A stretch of DNA of 64,000 nt, from IMG/VR virus record IMGVR_UViG_3300047375_000738. One strand, 5' to 3'. The notes under the pieces were generated by a model. That model made no database searches. It saw only the letters and a program-made list of their open reading frames with translations, and was not told the DNA's origin. Position numbers and translations under genes: made by a program. Positions 25,942 to 36,010 of this stretch are shown piece after piece. Each line of letters starts with the position of its first letter. Positions within the stretch are counted from its first letter, which is position 1. The DNA is from a virus. Taxonomy: Duplodnaviria; Caudoviricetes.

Positions 25942-26316
25942 ATGTTATTAAAAGAAATAGAGAATCAGTATCCATATATTAGTGTTGTCGCTTACGGCGG
26001 CAACGAATACGTGGGCATCATATCAAATCAAGATGCATTTGTAACAAGTATGTTTATATACACCTCATTAAAAACTATTGATGAAAAGGAATTATTATTA
26101 GACCTTGGAGATATTTGGTGGTGGGAATCAAACAGAATGATACCAATTAATATTTTCCTTAAAAGAGAAATGGAAAGATTTAATTATAGTTTGCTTACAA
26201 TGAATAGTAAAAACGTTAAAGTAGTAATTGGTCCGTGTGTTAATATCAACAACTTGTCAATCAAACGTGTTAAACGCAAAAGTGTTCAACTTATAAAACG
26301 ATCTGCTAGTACGTAA
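25942..26316 (+). CDS. Hypothetical protein
   Basis: YGGNEYVGII..WWWESNRMIPINIFL. Confidence 0.65.
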   Translation: MLLKEIENQYPYISVVAYGGNEYVGIISNQDAFVTSMFIYTSLKTIDEKELLLDLGDIWWWESNRMIPINIFLKREMERFNYSLLTMNSKNVKVVIGPCVNINNLSIKRVKRKSVQLIKRSAST

Positions 26317-26866
26317 GACTTTCACAGATTAAATTTACATGTACAACACAAGATAATGCATATGCTACAGCATGTGCTTTCTTAAAATAGTAACTGCCGT
26401 CTTCAGGCTTCTTCCAAACTTCTTTGAATATCGTTTGCCATGTTTCGTTGGCAAGATGCCTCTTGGCAGGCCGAATTATCGCTAGTGTCGCTGCTAACTG
26501 TTCTACCGAAGTAGGTTTCAATTGCTGCAATAGTTCGCTGTGCCCGTTTAGATGAAAGACTTGATCTGAAAAGTCTTTGTGTTCCAATAGTTGCCATAAC
26601 GGTTCCTTCTCCATTAGTGTGTTTAAGTGTGCTTCGTTCTTAACGTCTTTGTATATGCTTACGTTAAGAAAGTCTAGTTTAAAGTATCCACGTTCTTCTG
26701 CGGTCTTGTGTTCAATAGTAGATAGATTGTCTATAGGATTATGAGGACACTCTGTAACATATACACCAGTGTTGTGTTTTTTACCTGTATCTAATTTTGC
26801 CACACGATGTTCTATCTTATCTAGTATAAGATTACGATCGGCAAAGTCAATATCAATATCTGGCAT
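26306..26866 (-). CDS. Miniature DnaE-like (family C polymerase palm) protein
   Basis: PDIDIDF, KHNTGVY, GYFKLDFL, IIRP, FKKAHAVAY in DnaE order within 186 aa. Confidence 0.8.
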   Translation of the reverse strand: MPDIDIDFADRNLILDKIEHRVAKLDTGKKHNTGVYVTECPHNPIDNLSTIEHKTAEERGYFKLDFLNVSIYKDVKNEAHLNTLMEKEPLWQLLEHKDFSDQVFHLNGHSELLQQLKPTSVEQLAATLAIIRPAKRHLANETWQTIFKEVWKKPEDGSYYFKKAHAVAYALSCVVHVNLICESLTY

Positions 26867-26868
26867 TT

Positions 26869-27573
26869 TTATACTTTCGTGCTATCAAAACTAAACCAAC
26901 CCGATGGCACTCTTATATGCCATCTATTGTCTATGATTTTGTAAATGCATTTGTTATCTAAGAATATATTATTTTTTGTTATTTCACATTCATAATTATT
27001 AGAAAAAAATCCTGAATGAGAAACATTACTTTTTCTACGTGGAAGCCATTGTAAATTGTTTACATAACCTTTGTGTATATGTTGGTACATTTTTTGATGC
27101 AGCAATTCAAACGGCCGGTTGTCAAAGACATAATCAATTGTATATTTGTCTAGTTCACATTCGTCTCCCCAAAGCATAACATTTATTTCTTTGTCTGGAA
27201 AAAATTGAAAAAAAGAAAGTCTAGTTGTTCCTGGATGACAAAAATATTTATTGTTAAGATAATTAATACTAATTGGATCTTTCCATTTAGAATTTGCTAG
27301 TTCATAAGTTATAAGTAGAGATCTAAATAATGCTTCATTACGAACAAAATGTATGTCATACAATTTTTGTTCTAACACATTTAATCTTTCACATGTTCTT
27401 CTATGTGTATCAAGTCCTATAAGATTTGTAATCTTTACAAGATTTCCAAGTGTAACTTTACAAATACGAAAATTATATTTTTCTTTTGCTAGTAAAAAAT
27501 GTTCTTTTGTTTTGATAATGTTGCTAGTTTGATCACATACATTTCCGTTTACTTTTTTTTCGAGATTAGGCAT
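26869..27573 (-). CDS. Hypothetical protein, possible ParB-like nuclease fold
   Basis: KDPISI..HPGTTRL, paralogous to 28678-29316. Confidence 0.45.
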   Translation of the reverse strand: MPNLEKKVNGNVCDQTSNIIKTKEHFLLAKEKYNFRICKVTLGNLVKITNLIGLDTHRRTCERLNVLEQKLYDIHFVRNEALFRSLLITYELANSKWKDPISINYLNNKYFCHPGTTRLSFFQFFPDKEINVMLWGDECELDKYTIDYVFDNRPFELLHQKMYQHIHKGYVNNLQWLPRRKSNVSHSGFFSNNYECEITKNNIFLDNKCIYKIIDNRWHIRVPSGWFSFDSTKV

Positions 27574-27581
27574 GTTCTATC

Positions 27582-27872
27582 CTATAGTATAAACAGTTGC
27601 ACCATAGCAATGCTGTTCATTACAACAAACCATGCACACAAGACTATTGCAAATGCTGCTTTACGTATTACTGTACTTATAACTCCGAGTATACTGCCTA
27701 GCAAATACAAAGGAATAAAAATCTTTGTTGCTGGGTCTAATACTGTAAATGTTAGAATAGCACTTGCAACAATCAATAATGTTGTTTCGACCATTTCGCA
27801 ATAAAATGCAATAGGTGACAGCCTATAACTTTCTTTGCAAAAGTCTACAATATATTTAATCAAGTTTGCCAT
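27582..27872 (-). CDS. Small membrane protein
   Basis: Three hydrophobic segments. Confidence 0.65.
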   Translation of the reverse strand: MANLIKYIVDFCKESYRLSPIAFYCEMVETTLLIVASAILTFTVLDPATKIFIPLYLLGSILGVISTVIRKAAFAIVLCAWFVVMNSIAMVQLFIL

Positions 27873-28263
27873 TACGTCTCATTTCTGCACGAATTTTTGT
27901 TGCACTTATGTTATGTATTGTAGCACCCAAATCGTGTTCTGTCAAGGTATATCCTACACCTCTGCCATAACTAATATCTACAATATTAGGAACAATCATA
28001 ATAACATATTCTTTGTCATATGTAAAACCTTCTTTTGCTAGTTCTTTTTTAATATTTCCCATAACATCTGTAACAATAAATGGATTATCATCTTGTGTTG
28101 CTGTACGTCCACCTGATGCATCAGTGTCTTGTGGCACAGTTCTAATCTGTATACATACTTGTCCTGTTTCAGCAAGAGCCCGCTTAAATAGTTCAGTATG
28201 ACCAGCATGCCAAGGTTGCCAGCGTCCTAGCATTTGCGTTGTAGGTTTAAATCTATCAAACAC
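27856..28263 (-). CDS. Cytidylyltransferase-like (HIGH superfamily)
   Basis: GRWQPWHAGH; ISATKIR. Confidence 0.8.
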   Translation of the reverse strand: MFDRFKPTTQMLGRWQPWHAGHTELFKRALAETGQVCIQIRTVPQDTDASGGRTATQDDNPFIVTDVMGNIKKELAKEGFTYDKEYVIMIVPNIVDISYGRGVGYTLTEHDLGATIHNISATKIRAEMRRNGKLD

Positions 28264-28681
28264 GATTAATACCCATCCAACGTTGTACTACTGGCATTAG
28301 TTGTTCGTGTGCATTGTCAAACCATTTCTCTACATGGTAGTCTACAAGCTCTGGCGTTTCAAACATATCATTTGTGTCTTCAAAACGGCCACGAGAAATA
28401 GTATCCATCCACACTGTATAATCTGGATTAAATTCTAACCGTGCTTCTGGAGTTGGGCAAACAAAGTCAGCAACAGCAATCTTGCCTGCCATTACAACAC
28501 CGTCTGCTAGATGTTTCATACGTTGTGCTTGGCGCATACGTCCTTCTGGTGTAAAGTCCCAATCATCGTAACTTGTGCGTACTACGTCTGCGTTTAGATG
28601 GACGCCGCCAATTAGTTCTGCAAAAGGTTTTGCTAATGTAGTCTTGCCGCTACCAGGCAACCCAAAAATTAATATCTTCAT
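28256..28681 (-). CDS. Adenylylsulfate kinase-like P-loop kinase
   Basis: GLPGSGKTT, LNADVVR, FTPEGRMRQ, FVCP, FETP. Confidence 0.8.
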   Translation of the reverse strand: MKILIFGLPGSGKTTLAKPFAELIGGVHLNADVVRTSYDDWDFTPEGRMRQAQRMKHLADGVVMAGKIAVADFVCPTPEARLEFNPDYTVWMDTISRGRFEDTNDMFETPELVDYHVEKWFDNAHEQLMPVVQRWMGINRV

Positions 28682-29316
28682 TTTTCCTCCATTAAATTAG
28701 GTAAACAAATTTTCCAGTCGTGGTCTTTTTTAAAGACTTCGATATCATTAAAATATACAGTATCGTCTTTTAAATAAATCTCAATATCTTCTTGGGTTAC
28801 TAAATTTTTATAGCTTTGTTGTCTATCATACGGACGTACTTGTGTAGTAATATTTTCGCCCCATAATGTTTCTATTACTATATTATCACTAAGAAATCGA
28901 ATACTGTCGTCAGTACGCCCAAATTTTCTAAATTTAAAATATATTATTTCTTGGTTAGGCAAATAAGGAATGAATAAAGAACGTTTTAATCCAGGTTGTA
29001 TTTCAATTCGTTGTCCATCGTCGTGTATGGTAATTGGATCTCTAATGAATCTATCTTTTATTAAAATAAAATATACATCAAGAAGTGAATTATAATTATC
29101 TATTGGGTTATGTATAAAGTCTCGATTTGTATATGATTGTTTACTTTTATTTTTAAAATATCTTATAACTAATTGATTCCATCGATTGTATTGTGGCGAT
29201 GCGTGTTTAACAATATTTTTATAGAACTCAAAAGAAGATGTTTTGTGTACAACAAAATTTAAATCTCTTTTTGCGTATTCTAAATCGTCGATTGTTTTTA
29301 AAGAATACACAGTCAT
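28678..29316 (-). CDS. Hypothetical protein, paralog of 26869-27573
   Basis: RDPITI..QPGLKRSL. Confidence 0.45.
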   Translation of the reverse strand: MTVYSLKTIDDLEYAKRDLNFVVHKTSSFEFYKNIVKHASPQYNRWNQLVIRYFKNKSKQSYTNRDFIHNPIDNYNSLLDVYFILIKDRFIRDPITIHDDGQRIEIQPGLKRSLFIPYLPNQEIIYFKFRKFGRTDDSIRFLSDNIVIETLWGENITTQVRPYDRQQSYKNLVTQEDIEIYLKDDTVYFNDIEVFKKDHDWKICLPNLMEEK

Positions 29317-30011
29317 TAGAGCATCGCCTTTTTTGCAATATTTTTAATAAGTTCAATATCCTTTGGTTGTCTTTTAAATCGCATTGCCCAGTGACTTGGA
29401 TCTAAAACATTGCTTAACATTCCTAACTGTTCCCCAGATAAACTACTTAATGCTTGTTTGCCTGAACTACAATTTAGTACTAGCCACGGAGATACTTTAC
29501 CGTCTTTGATATCCCATGTGAGTCTGTTTTCATTTACATATCTAAAGTAATCGTTGAATCGACTATTTTTCTCTTCAGCCCATTTTGTCATTGTTGCAAT
29601 ACTACGTTCAAGTGCAGTTTCAACGCCTTCTTTACGTATAAGCTCTACAGCATATGCTTCGTACATTTCTTCTCGGCACCAATGGTCGAGTTTTACATTA
29701 CTAGTAACAACATAATCGATATACTTGTCAGGATAAAGAGGACGCACATTAGATACAAAACTTCCAAACTTAACAAAGGCATTATAAAAACTACTCTTTG
29801 AAAACTCTTCATACGTTTTTTCTTTTTTGTGTCCTGCACTTAAAGTATAGAATCGTTGGAATGCATAAAAGCCCAACGTAACACGTTTTTCATCTTTTTG
29901 TAGCCAGCGTCTTTTGGGCTCACACATATGCGCTAAGAGTGTGCTTTCTTTAACATAACTCTTATTACAATATTCGCATGTGTGTTTAGATGTCAACTTT
30001 GTCGTAACCAT
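29316..30011 (-). CDS. C2H2 Zn-finger-containing hypothetical protein (start uncertain)
   Basis: CEYCNKSYVKESTLLAHMC. Confidence 0.65.
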   Translation of the reverse strand: MVTTKLTSKHTCEYCNKSYVKESTLLAHMCEPKRRWLQKDEKRVTLGFYAFQRFYTLSAGHKKEKTYEEFSKSSFYNAFVKFGSFVSNVRPLYPDKYIDYVVTSNVKLDHWCREEMYEAYAVELIRKEGVETALERSIATMTKWAEEKNSRFNDYFRYVNENRLTWDIKDGKVSPWLVLNCSSGKQALSSLSGEQLGMLSNVLDPSHWAMRFKRQPKDIELIKNIAKKAML

Positions 30012-30456
30012 GCTCTTTGGCAAACTGCTTGATTTCTTTTTTTGTAGATATTCTAGCAAGTAATTCAACCTCGTCTAATTTCATTTCAGGATATATTTGT
30101 GATAGCAATTTTGCTGCTTTACTGCTTTCATCTTTTTTCTTTTTAAGACCAATCCACGGATGAAACATTTTCTTTCCAGTTTTGCCAGCAACACACAATA
30201 ACTGCCATTGTAGTTTGATGTGATTTGTTCCACCAATATCATTCCAGTTTTTATTGTAGTATTCATTTACTTTGAATACTGCTAATGCTTGGTCTTCGAA
30301 CTTGCCTTTAACACTACTGATGTAACGATTGAGATTCCATAAGTCACCTTTGATATCTTTCTTACCAACATCACTTGCTGCATCATACAGCTCTTTGATG
30401 CCCATATCAATACTTGGAATAAGTTCTTTAAATAAGTCTAGTTCTTTATTTGGCAT
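29986..30456 (-). CDS. Possible clamp-loader small subunit (gp62-like)
   Basis: LNRYISS..NEYYNK..LQWQLL..HPWIGLKKK pattern recalls the gp62 family. Confidence 0.45.
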   Translation of the reverse strand: MPNKELDLFKELIPSIDMGIKELYDAASDVGKKDIKGDLWNLNRYISSVKGKFEDQALAVFKVNEYYNKNWNDIGGTNHIKLQWQLLCVAGKTGKKMFHPWIGLKKKKDESSKAAKLLSQIYPEMKLDEVELLARISTKKEIKQFAKEHGYDKVDI

Positions 30457-31120
30457 GCCATTCCTCTACATCACTTGGCGAATTAATCTCTACTCCATTG
30501 TATTGTACACTCAAACAACCAATTTGCCAACCACTTTTTAGCCAGCGTAGTTGTTCTAATTTTTCAACTTCTTCTTCACGTTCTACAGGCAAAGTAGTAT
30601 ACATTTCTAACGCATTACGCTTATATCCGTATACTCCTAAGTGCCAGTCACCGTAGCCGGTCATACCTCTTCCAAACCATAGGGCTTGGTCGCCAGCACG
30701 TACCATCTTAACTGAGTTAGGGTCGTTCTGTTTGTCTTCTTGCATTTGAGTAAACACTGTGGTAACAGGATAGTGTTGTAAGTGCCATTGTGCCTTTTCA
30801 ATCATCTCTAGTGTTACATCAGGCATATCACCTTGTACGTTTATAAAGTTTTTGTATTGATCTAATATATCAAACTTAGCAACAGCACCTGCACATCTTT
30901 CAGTTCCGTTTTCGTAATCGCGGTGATCTAATAGGCAATTTGCACCTATTACATTGTATATGTTTTGGTCATCAGTAAGCACATATGTTGGTATCTTAGA
31001 CGCTGTACAAGCGTCATACACACGCTTTATCATAGGAACACCATCTAACAGTGCCAAAGGTTTTCCAGGGAAGCGTGTGCTACCGTACCTAGCGGGAATA
31101 AGAATAACTGATGATGTCAC
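30446..31120 (-). CDS. kdsB: CMP-Kdo synthetase
   Basis: IPARYGSTRFPGKPL, GTER, NVQGDMP, HLGVYGY, EKLEQLRWL. Confidence 0.92.
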   Translation of the reverse strand: MTSSVILIPARYGSTRFPGKPLALLDGVPMIKRVYDACTASKIPTYVLTDDQNIYNVIGANCLLDHRDYENGTERCAGAVAKFDILDQYKNFINVQGDMPDVTLEMIEKAQWHLQHYPVTTVFTQMQEDKQNDPNSVKMVRAGDQALWFGRGMTGYGDWHLGVYGYKRNALEMYTTLPVEREEEVEKLEQLRWLKSGWQIGCLSVQYNGVEINSPSDVEEWHAK

Positions 31121-31862
31121 GTACTACCTCCTCGAAGTTATCTAAGCGTAGCATGTTAGGCCCATCGCTTGGTGCATTATCAGGATCAGGATGAACTTCT
31201 ATGAAAAAATCTGTAATCCCAAGAGCACTGCTTGCCCTAGCCAAACCAGGAATATAATCCCTGTTGCCGCCACTAGATTCCCCATTGCCTCCGGGCTTTT
31301 GGCACGAGTGGCTAATATCGTACACAATTGGAGTGTTATAAGTGTCAAGCATATACTGCAAACCAGTAAAGTCAACGACAAGATTATTGTAACCAAAACT
31401 TGTTCCCCTTTCAGTTATCCAGACGTCTTTAGCGCCTTCTGTTTTACTTAGTACACCTTTCATATCCCAGGGTGCCATAAACTGTCCTTTTTTAATATTA
31501 ACAATTTTATCTGTAGCACAAGCTGCTTGGATCAAGTCAGTCTGTCTACACAAGAATGCAGGTATCTGATAGACATCAACTGCATCTTTAAATTCTCTTT
31601 CAATACGTGCGACCTGTACATAGTCGTGTACATCAGTAAGTGTCTTTACACCTAGTTCTACTTTTAGTGCTAGGAAGTCAGTTAGTGTTGCTTCCATACC
31701 CATACCACGTTTGCCTTTAATACTCGAACGATTGGCTTTGTCGTAACTTGCTTTGAAGTAATACTCAATACCATACTTATCGCATACACGTTTACACTCG
31801 CGAGCAATCTCTAAACTTTGCGGCAATGATTCGTGTTGACACGGGCCTGCTATAATTCTCAT
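31089..31862 (-). CDS. kdsA: Kdo-8-phosphate synthase
   Basis: IAGPCQHES, KASYDKANRSS, QIPAFLCRQTDL, NIKKGQF, ERGTSFGY, EVHPDP..SDG. Confidence 0.95.
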   Translation of the reverse strand: MRIIAGPCQHESLPQSLEIARECKRVCDKYGIEYYFKASYDKANRSSIKGKRGMGMEATLTDFLALKVELGVKTLTDVHDYVQVARIEREFKDAVDVYQIPAFLCRQTDLIQAACATDKIVNIKKGQFMAPWDMKGVLSKTEGAKDVWITERGTSFGYNNLVVDFTGLQYMLDTYNTPIVYDISHSCQKPGGNGESSGGNRDYIPGLARASSALGITDFFIEVHPDPDNAPSDGPNMLRLDNFEEVVRDIISYSYSR

Positions 31863-31863
31863 T

Positions 31864-32148
31864 TTATTCCTTATCCTTTACAATATAATACACATCTAAA
31901 GTTTTGTCAAGTTGTTTTCTTAGTGTAGGATACTTGTCGGCTAATGCAAATAAATTTTTCCATTGGTCGTAACTTACTATTCCCATAGCTTCGTTAACAG
32001 CTTCTAATTCTCCGCCAATTATCCAACGTCCTTCAAATTTTGATTTCTTTGGCTCATCTCTAAATCTAGCATATATTACACCATTAGCATTTTCATATAT
32101 CAATGCTTCATGTGCTAGTTCAGTTTTTTCAGGTGTATCAATTATCAT
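31864..32148 (-). CDS. Hypothetical protein
   Basis: ALIYENANGVIYAR. Confidence 0.6.
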   Translation of the reverse strand: MIIDTPEKTELAHEALIYENANGVIYARFRDEPKKSKFEGRWIIGGELEAVNEAMGIVSYDQWKNLFALADKYPTLRKQLDKTLDVYYIVKDKE

Positions 32149-32936
32149 TTACGCATACCACTAAAAGTTGTTGTTTTAAACTTTTCATTATCATTTTTAA
32201 GACTCTCGATAAGATCAAAGTTTAATTCATTTTCCTGTAGTGTATGGGCAAGTGCTGCAACATCTTTAGGCAAGCACATGCCACCGTATCCACGCAATCT
32301 ATTATTTACATCAAGATAGAAGTTCTTTGTTTTACCAGTTTGTACATATGCATCTTTAACTTGCGAATAATCGCACTCAAACTTTTCACAGAGTTCATAG
32401 AATACGTTTGCAAATACAATACGCAATGCTGCATACGAATTATTAAAGTACTTGAGTATTTCTGCTTCAGTAGGTGCTAATTGCTTTACAGCCTTAGGTA
32501 AATGTCCGTGTGCTTCTACAATTTTTTTGTATACGTAAGGATCATCAGTACCAATTGCAAGTAGCTCATGATTATTAATAAAGTCATCTGCTGCTGCACG
32601 TTCACGCAAAAACTCTGGAGCACAACAAATCGTTAATGTTTCATGTTTGTCTATCATACGTTCGGTAAAGCCTGGTTCGACTGTGCTACGTATACATGCT
32701 ACACCTTGATAGTTAATATCAACAAGTTCTTGTAATACATTTTCAATAACCGATGTATCGCAAGCACCGTTTGTTTCAGGTGTTGGTAAGCACATGAATA
32801 CAACTTCGGTATCTGTTAAATCTGTTATTTCAGTATCAAACTTGATATCGTGTTCTGCAACTTCGTGTTCTAGTAATCTAAATCCTGTTGCATTTGCGTT
32901 TCCAACAACGCCCATTCCGATAATTCCTAGTTTCAT
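32145..32936 (-). CDS. UDP-glucose/GDP-mannose dehydrogenase family
   Basis: GMGVVG, CLPTP, RSTVEPG, PEFLRE, KYFNN, GYGGMCLPKD. Confidence 0.9.
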   Translation of the reverse strand: MKLGIIGMGVVGNANATGFRLLEHEVAEHDIKFDTEITDLTDTEVVFMCLPTPETNGACDTSVIENVLQELVDINYQGVACIRSTVEPGFTERMIDKHETLTICCAPEFLRERAAADDFINNHELLAIGTDDPYVYKKIVEAHGHLPKAVKQLAPTEAEILKYFNNSYAALRIVFANVFYELCEKFECDYSQVKDAYVQTGKTKNFYLDVNNRLRGYGGMCLPKDVAALAHTLQENELNFDLIESLKNDNEKFKTTTFSGMRK

Positions 32937-33796
32937 AATAAACTCTCTACTGTTTTTCTTAACCCTATTTCTAAAGGTGTATAATCTGTAAATCCTGTAA
33001 GTGTTTGTACTAGCGTAGTATCAGGACATCTACGTGTAGCACTTCCAACTGGACCAGGACGTATTTCTAATCTATCAGGATTGATACCCATGTATCCCAT
33101 AATTAATTTTGCTACAACACTTATACGTGTCTCAACGTCCTGTCCTACATTTACTGTTTGGTTACTAGCAGTTTGTATTAGTATGTCTGTCATACGCACA
33201 GCATCGTCAACATAACAAAAACTACGTGTGTCGTTGCCTTTGATATAGTACTCGCCTTGTTTACAACGTTCTACAAACTCATTTATAAAGTGGTCAATTT
33301 GTCCAGGACCGTATACATTAAAGTAGCGTATGATAAGATACTCAAGTCCGCTATTAGCAACTAGGTTTTCGCCTAATGCTTTTGGTATACTATAACTCCA
33401 ACGTGGATTAGTAATGTCGTTGTACATAACTGGTACTGCTTCGTCAGTAGGTACATGGTAGTAACCGTTGTCTATTGTGCTGTTGAATATTTCGCATGTA
33501 CTAGCAAATACAAACTTTGTATCAGTGTTTCTATAACGTTCGATCAAGTTAATAGTAGGCAGTGTGTTGTTGATACAAACATCTGTAGGATTTTGATAAA
33601 AAAGTCTTGTACCATTAGTTGCTGCTAAGTGTACTACAACATCTGTATCGGGCATTGAACTAGTTACATCCGAGTATCTTAGATTTTTACTATTATTATC
33701 TTTTTGATCATAGCCCGTTACGTTGTACGTATCTTTTATATAATTATAAAAGTGATTACCTATGAATCCTTTATGTCCAGTTACTATTACTTCCAA
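32933..33796 (-). CDS. NAD-dependent epimerase/dehydratase
   Basis: TGHKGFIG, YSIPK (YxxxK), RYFNVYGP, RSFCYVDD. Confidence 0.9.
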   Translation of the reverse strand: MEVIVTGHKGFIGNHFYNYIKDTYNVTGYDQKDNNSKNLRYSDVTSSMPDTDVVVHLAATNGTRLFYQNPTDVCINNTLPTINLIERYRNTDTKFVFASTCEIFNSTIDNGYYHVPTDEAVPVMYNDITNPRWSYSIPKALGENLVANSGLEYLIIRYFNVYGPGQIDHFINEFVERCKQGEYYIKGNDTRSFCYVDDAVRMTDILIQTASNQTVNVGQDVETRISVVAKLIMGYMGINPDRLEIRPGPVGSATRRCPDTTLVQTLTGFTDYTPLEIGLRKTVESLL

Positions 33797-34452
33797 CCTG
33801 CTTCTTCCTTACTATTGCTAGTTGTATAATACTCTTGTGGCAATGCCATTGTAGTGTGAATATCAATTTCGCCATTTATATGGTGTTGCATGTAATTAGC
33901 AAATTCTTTATTCTGTTGAGGGCTCATGTGGCAATAACGATGATCATCGTCTTCTTTTAATCCCAATGCTTGCCAGTCAAGTTTGCTTATATTAATCATA
34001 CTACCATTAGTACGATCAAGAAAATCAAATGCAAAAATAATATGTGTATCAGGGCGCTGATATTTAATACTATCTAAGTATGCTGTATGATAAATGATAT
34101 TGCTATCGTAATGCATATTTTTTTGTACTTCGTTTTTTATTGTTTTTGTTAAACGAGAATCGAATAAACAGTTTGCATCTTTATTCATATCTTTTAGATC
34201 TGGATAATTAGTATTTTGATAAAATGCCAAATGCTTTGGGGTATTATTTTTAGTAGTAAAAATACTACCTCGTGTAGTACTAGTAACTACAAATATAATA
34301 GTATCATGCTTATGATGATTGTTTAAAAATTGAAAATAAGAATAATCAAAACTACTACCACCAATACTATAATTAGTTACATCACCTATCAGAGATGGCC
34401 AGCCATTGCCGTATCCAAGTCCATAACTATCTCCAAATATTGCTATTGTCAT
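33787..34452 (-). CDS. SGNH-like protein
   Basis: FGDSYG, NYSIGGSS, YCHMS. Confidence 0.6.
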   Translation of the reverse strand: MTIAIFGDSYGLGYGNGWPSLIGDVTNYSIGGSSFDYSYFQFLNNHHKHDTIIFVVTSTTRGSIFTTKNNTPKHLAFYQNTNYPDLKDMNKDANCLFDSRLTKTIKNEVQKNMHYDSNIIYHTAYLDSIKYQRPDTHIIFAFDFLDRTNGSMINISKLDWQALGLKEDDDHRYCHMSPQQNKEFANYMQHHINGEIDIHTTMALPQEYYTTSNSKEEAGWK

Positions 34453-35159
34453 TTAAAACTTTCAAAGTATGCAGGCGGTAAACGTTTTTTAGTTGGACCT
34501 TTTTCGTGTAACATATATTCACTTAAAAAACATTTATTCAGCGGTGTATGTGTATTTTTGTCTATGCTTAGTTCAGATAAGTCTTTGTATTTTAATTTAC
34601 TTGCTGCAAACATGCAAACCTGCCCGTCATACCATTTTGTAATTTCTTTAGGCTTATTAACATATGCTTTCTTGTATGTTTCTAAAAATTGAAAAAAGTG
34701 TTTGTGATTTTTATTTACAATTACAAATCCTGATTCTGCACTATATTTTTCACCTAGATAATCATGACTGAATAATGCAACACAATATTTTTTAGGACAT
34801 AGTTCTGTAATTAATTTTGTTGCAAATTCTTTACGATACATTATATCAGCATCAGACCAAATTAAATAATCAGTATCTATATTTTCTAATGCGTGTATAA
34901 ATGTTAAACCTTTCTTTGCAAATTTTATTTCTTTTTGCACAGATGATTTAAATTGTTTCCACTGTGGATATACTACATGATTCCAGTCGTATACTTTAAG
35001 TTTATCTGTTTCTGTAAACTTTGAGTTTACATTTTCAGCATAAAGATTTATCCTACAATTACTTGGCGAATATTTTAAAAAACTGTTCAGCATATATCGA
35101 CCAACATTATCATAATAATGCTGGTCCATAGTTGTTACATATTCAAACTTCAGTGCCAC
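34449..35159 (-). CDS. GT-A fold glycosyltransferase
   Basis: KFAKK, WSDAD (DxD), ESGFV, WYDG, HEKG. Confidence 0.7.
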   Translation of the reverse strand: MALKFEYVTTMDQHYYDNVGRYMLNSFLKYSPSNCRINLYAENVNSKFTETDKLKVYDWNHVVYPQWKQFKSSVQKEIKFAKKGLTFIHALENIDTDYLIWSDADIMYRKEFATKLITELCPKKYCVALFSHDYLGEKYSAESGFVIVNKNHKHFFQFLETYKKAYVNKPKEITKWYDGQVCMFAASKLKYKDLSELSIDKNTHTPLNKCFLSEYMLHEKGPTKKRLPPAYFESFK

Positions 35160-35493
35160 TTGTGCGTCTTACAATATCATCGTGATTGAACTCTGCCCAA
35201 TACAATTCAAATGCAACGCCGTCTTCAAGGCCTTCGAACTGGTGTATCTTGCCTGGCTTAACTTGTGTAAAGTCGCCTGCGTTAAGAATAGTTTCGTCAA
35301 CTAGTCCTTGATCATCTTGCCATACACGTACAAGCATTTGTCCTGACTCAACAAAGAAGCCGTTCCATTTAAACTGATGTTCGTGTTCACTGCATTTGTA
35401 ACCTTTATTGAATTCAATACGATGGAACTCAAGTGCTCCATTTGCATGAATTAACTCTGTGTTACCCCAAATTTTTCCTGCTTTAATTCCCAT
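35143..35493 (-). CDS. Cupin-domain protein (sugar isomerase-like)
   Basis: CSEHEHQFKWNGF..PGKIHQF. Confidence 0.75.
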   Translation of the reverse strand: MGIKAGKIWGNTELIHANGALEFHRIEFNKGYKCSEHEHQFKWNGFFVESGQMLVRVWQDDQGLVDETILNAGDFTQVKPGKIHQFEGLEDGVAFELYWAEFNHDDIVRRTSGTEV

Positions 35494-35502
35494 TTTATTC
35501 TC

Positions 35503-36009
35503 CTATAATAATTTTCCGTAATCAACAATTTCACTTTGTCGATTAATATCTTTTACAAAATATGCACAATCAGGATTTTCTCCATCAAAGATAGGAACGC
35601 TTAGTAAATGTCCGTTACGCATCTTTGGAAAAAACCATTTTACATCATTGTAAAAATTTGTAATTTCGATCTTAGCAAAGCGTGGATGTGTACCAGTTAA
35701 CGGATTAAACAAAAATGCTTCAAAGCCTCTTTCGTTTAAACTTGTTAATGGTAGTACTTCTAAGTCACTGCCGCTTTGGCTGCATCCTACAGCAAGGCAC
35801 CAATCTAATGGCATAGTAATTTCATTACCGCCAATTTCCATTACTATGGCTGGCGAATTAAAACTTTCTAAAAAGATCAACGGATTAAAGAAAAAATCCG
35901 GATCTTGTGGGTTACTGTTATCAAGCACTGCAAATCGTAAATCATCTTCGATTACTTCAGGCAAGGAATTTAATAGAAAACTTTCGTTTTCAAGTGTCAT
36001 TATTCGCAT
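35503..36009 (-). CDS. Hypothetical protein downstream of UvsW
   Basis: MRIMTLEN start next to helicase stop. Confidence 0.65.
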   Translation of the reverse strand: MRIMTLENESFLLNSLPEVIEDDLRFAVLDNSNPQDPDFFFNPLIFLESFNSPAIVMEIGGNEITMPLDWCLAVGCSQSGSDLEVLPLTSLNERGFEAFLFNPLTGTHPRFAKIEITNFYNDVKWFFPKMRNGHLLSVPIFDGENPDCAYFVKDINRQSEIVDYGKLL

Positions 36010-36010
36010 G

